Shown: positions 25,722 through 38,100 of the stretch, in pieces | Numbering within the stretch: the stretch's first letter is position 1 | Layout of the letters: the number at the start of each line of letters is the position of its first letter | From: the human T2T-CHM13v2.0 reference genome, Homo sapiens | Strand: one strand, 5' to 3' | Length of the DNA: 64,000 nucleotides | Assembly (NCBI RefSeq): GCF_009914755.1 | Contig: NC_060929.1 | Notes under the pieces: generated by a model | What the model was told of the DNA's origin: nothing | Database searches by the model: none | Seen by the model: the letters and a program-made list of their open reading frames with translations, nothing else | Made by a program: the position numbers and the translations under genes

Positions 25722-28700
25722 TTCTTCACATAAAAAGTAGACCCAAGCATTCTCAGAAGGTTGTTTGTGATGTGTGCGTTCAACTCACAGACTTGAAAAT
25801 TTCTTTTGATAGAGCAGTGTTGAAACACACTTTTTGTAGAACCTGCTAGTGTTCATTTGGAGAGATTTGTTGCCTATGGTGGAAAAAGAATTATCTTCTC
25901 TTAAAAACTAGAGAGAAGCATTCTTAGAAACTGCTTTGTGATGTGTGTGTTCAATTCACAGAGTTGAAACTTTCCTTTGATAGAGCAGGTTTGAAACACT
26001 GCTTTTGTAGAATCTGCTTGTGGATATTGGGAGCTCTTTGAGGAATACGTTGTAAAAGGCATATCTTCACATACAAACTAGACAGAAGTATTCTCAGAAA
26101 CTCCGTTGTGATGTGTGCATTCAACTCACAGAGTTGAACCTTCCATTTGAGAGAGCAGTGTTGAAACAGTCTTTTTGTAGTATCTGCAAGTGGATATTTG
26201 GAGCCATTTGAGGCCTATGATGGAAAAGGAAATATCTTCACATACAAACTAGACAGAAGCAGTCTCAGGAACTGCTTTGTGATGTGTGCATTCAACTCAC
26301 AGATTTGAACTTTCCTTTTGAGAGGGAGGTTTTGAAACAGTCTTTTTGTAGTATCAGCAAGTGGATATTTGTAGTGACTTGGGGCCTCAGATGGAAAAGG
26401 AAATACCTTCACATACAAAGTAGACAGAAGTATTCTCAGAAACTCCATTGTGATGTGTGCACTCAACTCACAGAGTTGAACCTTCCTTTTGAGAGAACAG
26501 TTTTGAAACAGTCTTCTTGTAATGTCTGCAAGTGGATATTTGGAGCGACTTGAGGCCTATGATGGAAAAGGGAATATCTTCACATAAAAATAGGACAGAA
26601 GCATTCTCAGAAACTTCTTCGTGATATGTGGATTCACCTCTTGGAGTGGAACCCTTCTTTTGATAGAGCGGTTTTGAGGCAGTCTTTTATGAAGATCTGC
26701 CAGTTCTCATTTGGAGCGCTTTGAAGCCTATGGTGGAAAAGGAGATATATTCACATAAAAACTTGAAAGAAGCTTTCTCAGGAACTTCACTGAGATGTGT
26801 GCATTTAACTAAGAGAGTTGAATCTGTCTTTAGATAGACCAGCATTTAAACACTCCTTTTGTAGTATCTGCAGGTGGATATTTGGAACACTATGAAGAAT
26901 TCTTTGGAAACGGGTATCTTCACATGAAAAGTAGACCCATGCATTCTCCGAAAGTTCACTGGGATGTGTTCATTCAACTCACAGACTTGAAACTTTCTTT
27001 TGATAGAACAGTGTAGAAACACACTTTTTGTAGAATCTGCAAGAGTTCCCTTGGAGCGCTTTGTTGCCTATGGTGGAAAAAGAAATATCTTCAAATAAAA
27101 ACTAGACAGAAGGATTCTCAGAAACTCCTTTGGATGTGTGTGTTCAATTAACAGAGTTGAACCTTTCTATTGATAGAGCAGTTTTAAAACACTGCTTTTG
27201 TAGAATCTGCTTGTGGATATTTGGAGCTCTTTGAGGAATTCATTGTAAATGGAATATCTTCACATACAAACTAGACAGAAACATTCTCAAAAACTGCTTT
27301 GTGATGTGTGCATTCAAGTCACACAGTTGAACCTTCCTTTTGAGAGAGCGGTTTTGAAACAGTCTTTTTGTAGTATCTGCAAGTGGATATTTGCAGTGAT
27401 TTGAGGCCGAAGAAGGAAAAGGAAATTCCTTCAAATAAAAAACTAGACGGAAGCATTTTCAGAAACTGCCTTGTGATGTGTGCATTCAACTCACAGAGTT
27501 GAACCTTCCTTTTGAGAGAGAAGTTTTGAAACAGTCTTTTTGTAGTATTTGCAAGTGGATATTTGGAGCGATTTGTGGAGTATGGTGGAAAATGAAATAT
27601 CTTCACATACAAACTAGACAGAAGCATTCTCAGAAACTGCTTTGTGATGTGTGCATTTAACTCACAGACTTGAAACTTCCTTTAGGTAGAGCAGTGTTGA
27701 AACACACTTTTTGTATAATCTACAAGTGTTCTTTGGAGTGCTTTGTTGCCTATGTTGGAAAAAGAAATATCTTCACATAAAAACTAGACAGAAGCATTCT
27801 CAGAAACTCCTTTGTGATGGGTGTGTTCAATTCACATTGTTGAACCTTGATTTTGATACAGCAGTGTTGAAACAAACATTTTGTAGAATCTGCAAGTGTT
27901 CATTTCAAATGCTTTGTGGCCTATGTTGGAAAAAGTGATATCTTCACCTAAAAAATAGACAGAAGCATTCTCAGGAACTGCTTTGTAATATGTGTATTCA
28001 ACTCACAGAGCTGAACCTTCCTTTTGAGAGAGCGGTTTTGAAACAGTCTTTTTGTAGTATCTGCAAGTGGATATTTGGAGCGATTTGAGGTCTAAGAAGG
28101 AAAAGGAAACACCTTCAAATAAAAATTAGACAGAAGCTTTCTCAGAAACTGCTTTGTGATGTGTGCATTTAACTCAAAGTCTTGATCCTTTCTTTTGATA
28201 GAGCAGTGTTGAAACACACTTTTTGTAGATCCTGCTAGTGTTCATTTGGAGAGATTTGTTGCCTATGGTGGAAAAAGGATTATCTTCTCTTTAAAACTAG
28301 AGAGAAGCATTCTTAGAAGCTGCTTTGTGATGTGTGTTCAATTCACAGAGTTGAAACTTTCCTTTGATAGAGCAGGTTTGAAACACTGCTTTTGTAGAAT
28401 CTGCTTGTGGATATTGGGAGCTCTTTGAGGAATACGTTGTAAAAGGCATATCTTCACATACAAACTAGACAGAAGCATTCTCAGAAACTCCGTTGTGATG
28501 TGTGCATTCAACTCACAGAGTTGAACATTCCTTTTGAGAGAGCAGTGTTGAAACGGTCTTTTGTAGTATCTGCAAGTGGATATTTGGAGTGATTTGAGGC
28601 CTATGATGGAAAAGGAAATATCTTCACATACAAACTAGACAGAAGCAGTCTCAGGAACTGCTTTGTGATGTGTGCATTCAACTCACAGATTTGAACTTTC

Positions 28701-29111
28701 CTTTTGAGAGGGAGGTTTTGAAACAGTCTTTTTGTAATGTCTGCCAGTGGATATTTGGAGCGATTCGAGTACTATGATGGAAAAGGAAATATCTTCACAT
28801 ACAAACTAAACAGAAGCATTCTCAGAAACGTCTTCTGATGTGTGCGTTGACCTAACAGAGTGGAACCGTTCTTTTGATAGAGCAGTTTCGAATCAGTCTT
28901 TTGGTAGGTCCTGCAAGTTTTCATTTGGAGCGCTTTGAAGCCTATGGTGGAAAAGGGAATATCTTCACAAAAATCTAGGCAGAAGCCTTCTCAGGATCTT
29001 CATTGAGATGTGTGCATTCAACTAACAGAGTTGAAACTGTCTTTTGACAGAGCAGGAATGAAACACTCCTTTTGTAGTATCTGATTGTGTATATTTGGAA
29101 CTCTTTGAGTT

Positions 29112-29128
29112 ATTCGTTGGAAACGGGT
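29112..29128 (+). promoter_or_regulatory. CENP-B box (HOR monomer b)
   Basis: ATTCGTTGGAAACGGGT. Confidence 0.9.
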
Positions 29129-32100
29129 ATCTTCACATAAAAAGTAGACCCAAGCATTCTCAGAAGGTTCTTTGTGATGTGTGCGTTCAACTCACAGACT
29201 TGAAACTTTCTTTTGATAGAGCAGTGTTGAAACACACTTTTTGTAGAATCCACAAGTATTCGTTTGGAGCGCTTTGTTGCCTATGTGGGAAAAAGTAATA
29301 TCTTCACTTAAAAACTAGACAGAAGCATTCTCTGAAACTCCTCTGTGAAGTGTGTGTTCAATTCACATCGTTGAACCTTTCTTTTGATAGAGCAGTGTTG
29401 AAACATACTTTTTGTAGAATCTTTAAGTGTCCATTTCGAGTTCTTTTGTGCGTATGTTGGAAAAAGTGATATCTTCACCTGAAAAATAGACAGAAGCATT
29501 CCAGAAACTGCGTTGTAACATGTGCATTCAACTCACAGTGTTGAACGTTCCTTTTGATAGAGCGGTTTTGAAACAGTCTTTTTGTAGTATCTGCAAGTGG
29601 ATATTTGCAGTGATTAGAGGCCAAAGAAGGAAAAGGAAATACCTTCAAATAAAAAAATAGACTGAAGCATTTTCAGAAACTGCCTTGTGATGTGTGCATT
29701 CAACTCACAGAGTTGAACCTTCCTTTTGAGAGAGAAGTTTTGAAACAGTCTTTTTGTAGTATTTGCAAGTGGATATTTGGAGCGATTTGTGGAATATGGT
29801 GGAAAATGAAATATCTTCACATACAAACTAGACAGAAGCATTCTCAGAAACTGGTTTGTGATGTGTGCATTTAAGTCACGGACTTGAAACTTCCTTTAGA
29901 TAGAGCAGTGTTGAAACACACTTTTTGTATAATCTACAAGTGTTCTTTGGAGTGCTTTGTTGCCTATGTTGGAAAAAGAAATATCTTCACATAAAAACTA
30001 GACAGAAGCATTCTCAGAAACTCCTTTGTGATGGGTGTGTTCAATTCACATTGTTGAACCTTGCTTTTGATACAGCAGTGTTGAAACAAACATTTTGTAG
30101 AATCTGCAAGTGTTCATTTCAAATGCTTTGTGGCCTATGTTGGAAAAAGTGATATCTTCACCTAAAAAATAGACAGAAGCATTCTCAGGAACTGCTTTGT
30201 AATATGTGCATTCAACTCACAGAGCTGAACCTTCCTTTTGAGAGAGCGGTTTTGAAACAGTCTTTTTGTAGTATCTGCAAGTGGATATTTGGAGCGATTT
30301 GAGGTCTAAGAAGGAAAAGGAAGTACCTTCAAATAAAAACTAGACAGAAGCTTTCTCAGAAACTGCTTTGTGATGTGTGCATTTAACTCAAAGTCTTGAT
30401 CCTTTCTTTTGATAGAGCAGTGTTGAAACACACTTTTGGTAGAAACTGCTAGTGTTCATTTGGAGAGATTTGTTGCCTATGGTGGAAAAAGGATTATCTT
30501 CTCTTAAAAACTAGAGAGAAGCATTCTTAGAAACTGCTTTGTGATGTGTGTGTTCAATTCACAGAGTTGAAACTTTCCTTTGATAGAGCAGGTTTGAAAC
30601 ACTGCTTTTGTAGAATCTGCTTGTGGATATTGGGAGCTCCTTCAGGAATACGTTGTAAAAGACATATCTTCACATACAAACTAGACAGAAGCATTCTCAG
30701 AAACTCCGTTGTGATGTGTGCATTCAACTCACAGAGTTGAACCTTCCATTTGAGAGAGCAGTGTTGAAACAGTCTTTTTGTAGTATCTTCAAGTGGATAT
30801 TTGGAGCGATTTGAGGCCTATGATGGAAAAGGAAATATCTTCACATACAAAGTAGACAGAAGCATTCTCAGAAACTGCTTTGTGATGTGTGCATTCAACC
30901 CACAGAGTTGAACCTTCCTTTTGAGAGAGCAGTGTTGAAACGGTCTTTTGTAGTATCTGCAAGTGGATATTTGGAGCGATTTGAGGCCTATGATGGAAAA
31001 GGAAATAACTTCACATACAAAATTGACAGAAGCAGTCTCAGGAACTGCTTTGTGATGTGTGCATTCAACTCACAGATTTGAACTTTCCTTTTGAGAAGGA
31101 GGTTTTGAAACTGTCTTTTTGTAGTATCTACAAGTGGATATTTGTAGTGACTTGGGGCCTCAGATGGAAAAGAAAATACCTTCACATACAAACTAGAAAG
31201 AAGTATTCTCAGAAACTCCATTGTGATGTGTGCACTCAACTCACAGAGTTGAACCTTCCTTTTGAGAGAGCAGTTTTGAAACAGTCTTTTTGTAATGTCT
31301 GCAGGTGGATATTTGGAGCGATTCGAGTACTATGATGGAAAAGGAAATATCTTCACATACAAACTAAACAGAAGCATTCTCAGAAACGTCTTCTGATGTG
31401 TGCTTTCACCTAACAGAGTGGAACCGTTCTTTTGATAGAGCAGTTTCGAATCAGTCTTTTGGTAGGTCCTGCAAGTTTTCATTTGGAGCGCTTTGAAGCC
31501 TATGGTGGAAAAAGGAATATCTTCACAAAAAACTAGGCAGAAGCCTTCTCAGGATCTTCATTGAGATGTGTGCATTCAAGTAACAGAGTTGAAACTGTCT
31601 TTTGACAGAGCAGGAATGAAACACTCCTTTTGTAGTATCTGATTGTGTATATTTGGAACTCTTTGAGTTATTCGTTGGGAACGTGTTTCTTCACATAAAA
31701 AGTAGACCCAAGCATTCTCAGAAGGTTCTTTGTGATGTGTGCGTTCAACTCACAGACTTGAAACTTTCTTTTGATAGAGCAGTGTTGAAACACACTTTTT
31801 GTAGAATCCACAAGTATTCATTTGGAGCGCTTTGTTGCCTACGTGGGAAAAAGGAATATCTTCACTTAAAAACTAGACAGAAGCATTCTCTGAAACTCCT
31901 CTGTGAAGTGTGTGTTCAATTCACATCGTTGAACCTTTCTTTTGATAGAGCAGTGTTGAAACATACTTTTTGTAGAATCTGCAAGTGTCCATTTCGAGTT
32001 CTTTTGTGCGTATGTTGAAAAAAGTGATATCTTCACCTGAAAAATAGACAGAAGCATTCCAGAAACTGCTTTGTAACATCTGCATTCAACTCACAGTGTT

Positions 32101-35100
32101 GAACGTTCCTTTTGAGAGAGCGGTTTTGAAACAGTCTTTTTGTAGTATCTGCAAGTGGATATTTGCAGTGATTTGAGGCCGAAGAAGGAAAAGGAAATAC
32201 CTTCAAATAAAAAACTAGACGGAAGCATTTTCAGAAACTGCCTTGTGATGTGTGCATTCAACTCACAGAGTTGAACCTTCCTTTTGAGAGAGAAGTTTTG
32301 AAACAGTCTTTTTGTAGTATTTGCAAGTGGATATTTGGAGCGATTTGTGGAGTATGGTGGAAAATGAAATATCTTCACATACAAACTAGACAGAAGCATT
32401 CTCAGAAACTGATTTGTGATGTGTGCATTTAACTCACAGACTTGAAACTTCCTTTAGATAGAGCAGTGTTGAAACACACTTTTTGTATAATCTACAATTG
32501 TTCTTTGGAGTGCTTTGTTGCCTATGTTGGAAAAAGAAATATCTTCACATAAAAACTAGACAGAAGCATTCTCAGAAACTCCTTTGTGATGGGTGTGTTC
32601 AATTCACATTGTTGAACCTTGATTTTGATACAGCAGTGTTGAAACAAACATTTTGTAGAATCTGCAAGTGTTCATTTCAAAGGCTTTGTGGCCTATGTTG
32701 GAAAAAGTGATATCTTCACCTAAAAAATAGACAGAAGCATTCTCAGGAACTGCTTTGTAATATGTGCATTCAACTCACAGAGCTGAACCTTCCTTTTGAG
32801 AGAGCGGTTTTGAAACAGTCTTTTTGTAGTATCTGCAAGTGGATATTTGGAGCGATTTGAGGTCTAAGAAGGAAAAGGAAGTACCTTCAAATAAAAACTA
32901 GACAGAAGCTTTCTCAGAAACTGCTTTGTGATGTGTGCATTTAACTCAAAGTCTTGATCCTTTCTTTTGATAGAGCAGTGTTGAAACACACTTTTGGTAG
33001 AACCTGCTAGTGTTCATTTGGAGAGATTTGTTGCCTATGGTGGAAAAAGGATTATCTTCTCTTAAAAACTAGAGAGAAGCATTCTTAGAAACTGCTTTGT
33101 GATGTGTGTGTTCAATTCACAGAGTTGAAACTTTCCTTTGATAGAGCAGGTTTGAAACACTGCTTTTGTAGAATCTGCTTGTGGATATTGGGAGCTCCTT
33201 CAGGAATACGTTGTAAAAGACATATCTTCACATACAAACTAGACAGAAGCATTCTCAGAAACTCCGTTGTGATGTGTGCATTCAACTCACAGAGTTGAAC
33301 CTTCCATTTGAGAGAGCAGTGTTGAAACAGTCTTTTTGTAGTATCTGCAAGTGGATATTTGGAGCGATTTGAGGCCTATGATGGAAAAGGAAATATCCTC
33401 ACATACAAACTAGACAGAAGCAGTCTCAGGAACTGCTTTGTGATGTGTGCATTCAACTCACAGATTTGAACTTTCCTTTTGAGAGGGAGGTTTTGAAACA
33501 GTCTTTTTGTAGTATCTGCAAGTGGATATTTGTAGTGACTTGGGGCCTCAGATGGAAAAGGAAATACCTTCACATACAAAGTAGACAGAAGTATTCTCAG
33601 AAACTCCATTGTGATGTGTGCACTCAACTCACAGAGTTGAACCTTCCTTTTGAGAGAGCAGTTTTGAAACAGTCTTCTTGTAATGTCTGCAAGTGGATAT
33701 TTGGAGCGACTTGAGGCCTATGATGGAAAAGGGAATATCTTCACATAAAAATAGGACAGAAGCATTCTCAGAAACTTCTTCGTGATATGTGGATTCACCT
33801 CTTGGAGTGGAACCCTTCTTTTGATAGAGCGGTTTTGAGGCAGTCTTTTATGAAGATCTGCCAGTTCTCATTTGGAGCGCTTTGAAGCCTATGGTGGAAA
33901 AGGAGATATATTCACATAAAAACTTGAAAGAAGCTTTCTCAGGAACTTCACTGAGATGTGTGCATTTAACTAAGAGAGTTGAATCTGTCTTTAGATAGAC
34001 CAGCATTTAAACACTCCTTTTGTAGTATCTGCAGGTGGATATTTGGAACTCTTTGAAGAATTCTTTGGAAACGGGTATCTTCACATGAAAAGTAGACCCA
34101 TGCATTCTCCGAAAGTTCACTGGGATGTGTTCATTCAACTCACAGACTTGAAACTTTCTTTTGATAGAACAGTGTAGAAACACACTTTTGTAGAATCTGC
34201 AAGAGTTCCCTTGGAGCGCTTTGTTGCCTATGGTGGAAAAAGAAATATCTTCAAATAAAAACTAGACAGAAGGATTCTCAGAAACTCCTTTGGATGTGTG
34301 TGTTCAATTAACAGAGTTGAACCTTTCTATTGATAGAGCAGTTTTAAAACACTGCTTTTGTAGAATCTCCTTGTGGATATTTGGAGCTCTTTGAGGAATT
34401 CATTGTAAATGGAATATCTTCACATACAAACTAGACAGAAGCATTCTCAAAAACTGCTTTGTGATGTGTGCATTCAAGTCACACAGTTGAACCTTCCTTT
34501 TGAGAGAGCGGTTTTGAAACAGTCTTTTTGTAGTATCTGCAAGTGGATATTTGCAGTGATTTGAGGCCGAAGAAGGAAAAGGAAATTCCTTCAAATAAAA
34601 AACTAGACGGAAGCATTTTCAGAAACTGCCTTGTGATGTGTGCATTCAACTCACAGAGTTGAACCTTCCTTTTGAGAGAGAAGTTTTGAAACAGTCTTTT
34701 TGTAGTATTTGCAAGTGGATATTTGGAGCGATTTGTGGAGTATGGTGGAAAATGAAATATCTTCACATACAAACTAGACAGAAGCATTGTCAGAAACTGC
34801 TTTGTGATGTGTGCATTTAACTCACAGACTTGAAACTTCCTTTAGATAGAGCAGTGTTGAAACACACTTTTTGTATAATCTACAAGTGTTCTTTGGAGTG
34901 CTTTGTTGCCTATGTTGGAAAAAGAAATATCTTCACATAAAAACTAGACAGAAGCATTCTCAGAAACTCCTTTGTGATGGGTGTGTTCAATTCACATTGT
35001 TGAACCTTGATTTTGATACAGCAGTGTTGAAACAAACATTTTGTAGAATCTGCAAGTGTTCATTTCAAAGACTTTGTGGCCTATGTTGGAAAAAGTGATA

Positions 35101-38100
35101 TCTTCACCTAAAAAATAGACAGAAGCATTCTCAGGAACTGCTTTGTAATATGTGCATTCAACTCACAGAGCTGAACCTTCCTTTTGAGAGAGCGGTTTTG
35201 AAACAGTCTTTTTGTAGTATCTGCAAGTGGATATTTGGAGCGATTTGAGGTCTAAGAAGGAAAAGGAAGTACCTTCAAATAAAAACTAGACAGAAGCTTT
35301 CTCAGAAACTGCTTTGTGATGTGTGCATTTAACTCAAAGTCTTGATCCTTTCTTTTGATAGAGCAGTGTTGAAACACACTTTTGGTAGAACCTGCTAGTG
35401 TTCATTTGGAGAGATTTGTTGCCTATGGTGGAAAAAGGATTATCTTCTCTTAAAAACTAGAGAGAAGCATTCTTAGAAACTGCTTTGTGATGTGTGTGTT
35501 CAATTCACAGAGTTGAAACTTTCCTTTGATAGAGCAGGTTTGAAACACTGCTTTTGTAGAATCTGCTTGTGGATATTGGGAGCTCCTTCAGGAATACGTT
35601 GTAAAAGACTTATCTTCACATACAAACTAGACAGAAGCATTCTCAGAAACTCCGTTGTGATGTGTGCATTCAACTCACAGAGTTGAACCTTCCATTTGAG
35701 AGAGCAGTGTTGAAACAGTCTTTTTGTAGTATCTGCAAGTGGATATTTGGAGCGATTTGAGGCCTATGATGGAAAAGGAAATAACTTCACATACAAACTA
35801 GACAGAAACATTCTCAGAAACTGCTTTGAGATGTGTGCATTCAACCCACAGAGTTGAACCTTCCTTTTCAGAGAGCAGTGTTGAAACGGTCTTTTGTAGT
35901 ATCTGCAAGTGGATATTTGGAGCGATTTGAGGCCTATGATGGAAAAGGAAATAACTTCACATACAAAATTGACAGAAGCAGTCTCAGGAACTGCTTTGTG
36001 ATGTGTGCATTCAACTCACAGATTTGAACTTTCCTTTTGAGAAGGAGGTTTTGAAACTGTCTTTTTGTAGTATCTACAAGTGGATATTTGTAGTGACTTG
36101 GGGCCTCAGATGGAAAAGGAAATACCTTCACATACAAACTAGAAAGAAGTATTCTCAGAAACTCCATTGTGATGTGTGCACTCAACTCACAGAGTTGAAC
36201 CTTCCTTTTGAGAGAGCAGTTTTGAAACAGTCTTTTTGTAATGTCTGCAGGTGGATATTTGGAGCGATTCGAGTACTATGATGGAAAAGGAAATATCTTC
36301 ACATACAAACTAAACAGAAGCATTCTCAGAAACGTCTTCTGATGTGTGCGTTCACCTAACAGAGTGGAACCGTTCTTTTGATAGAGCAGTTTCGAATCAG
36401 TCTTTTGGTAGGTCCTGCAAGTTTTCATTTGGAGCGCTTTGAAGCCTATGGTGGAAAAGGGCATATCTTCACAAAAAACTAGGCAGAAGCCTTCTCAGGA
36501 TCTTCATTGAGATGTGTGCATTCAACTAACAGAGTTGAAACTGTCTTTTGACAGAGCAGGAATGAAACACTCATTTTGTAGTATCTGATTGTGTATATTT
36601 GGAACTCTTTGAGTTATTCGTTGGGAACGGGTATCTTCACATAAAAAGTAGACCCAAGCATTCTCAGAAGGTTCTTTGTGATGTGTGCGTTCGACTCACA
36701 GACTTGAAACTTTCTTTTGATAGAGCAGTGTTGAAACACACTTTTTGTAGAATCCACAAGTATTCATTTGGAGCGCTTTGTTGCCTACGTGGGAAAAAGG
36801 AATATCTTCACTTAAAAACTAGACAGAAGCATTCTCTGAAACTCCTCTGTGAAGTGTGTGTTCAATTCACATCGTTGAACCTTTCTTTTGATAGAGCAGT
36901 GTTGAAACATACTTTTTGTAGAATCTGCAAGTGTCCATTTCGAGTTCTTTTGTGCGTATGTTGAAAAAAGTGATATCTTCACCTGAAAAATAGACAGAAG
37001 CATTCCAGAAACTGCTTTGTAACATGTGCATTCAACTCACAGTGTTGAACGTTCCTTTTGAGAGAGCGGTTTTGAAACAGTCTTTTTGTAGTATCTGCAA
37101 GTGGATATTTGCAGTGATTTGAGGCCGAAGAAGGAAAAGGAAATACCTTCAAATAAAAAACTAGACGGAAGCATTTTCAGAAACTGCCTTGTGATGTGTG
37201 CATTCAACTCACAGAGTTGAACCTTCCTTTTGAGAGAGAAGTTTTGAAACAGTCTTTTTGTAGTATTTGCAAGTGGATATTTGGAGCGATTTGTGGAGTA
37301 TGGTGGAAAATGAAATATCTTCACATACAAACTAGACAGAAGCATTCTCAGAAACTGATTTGTGATGTGTGCATTTAACTCACAGACTTGAAACTTCCTT
37401 TAGATAGAGCAGTGTTGAAACACACTTTTTGTATAATCTACAAGTGTTCTTTGGAGTGCTTTGTTGCCTATGTTGGAAAAAGAAATATCTTCACATAAAA
37501 ACTAGACAGAAGCATTCTCAGAAACTCCTTTGTGATGGGTGTGTTCAATTCACATTGTTGAACCTTGCTTTTGATACAGCAGTGTGGAAACAAACATTTT
37601 GTAGAATCTGCAAGTGTTCATTTCAAATGCTTTGTGGCCTATGTTGGAAAAAGTGATATCTTCACCTAAAAAATAGACAGAAGCATTCTCAGGAACTGCT
37701 TTGTAATATGTGCATTCAACTCACAGAGTTGAACCTTTCTTTTGAGAGAGCGGTTTTGAAACAGTCTTTTTGCAGTATCTGCAAGTGGATATTTGGAGCG
37801 ATTTGAGGTCTAAGAAGTAAAAGGAAATACCTTCAAATAAAAACTAGACAGAAGCTTTCTCAGAAACTGCTTTGTGATGTGTGCATTTAACTCAAAGTCT
37901 TGATCCTTTCTTTTGACAGAGCAGTGTTGAAACACACTTTTGGTAGAACCTGCTAGTGTTCATTTGGAGAGATTTGTTGCCTATGGTGGAAAAAGAATTA
38001 TCTTCTCTTAAAAACTAGAGAGAAGCATTCTTAGAAACTGCTTTGTGATGTGTGTGTTCAATTCACAGAGTTGAAACTTTCCTTTGATAGAGCAGGTTTG

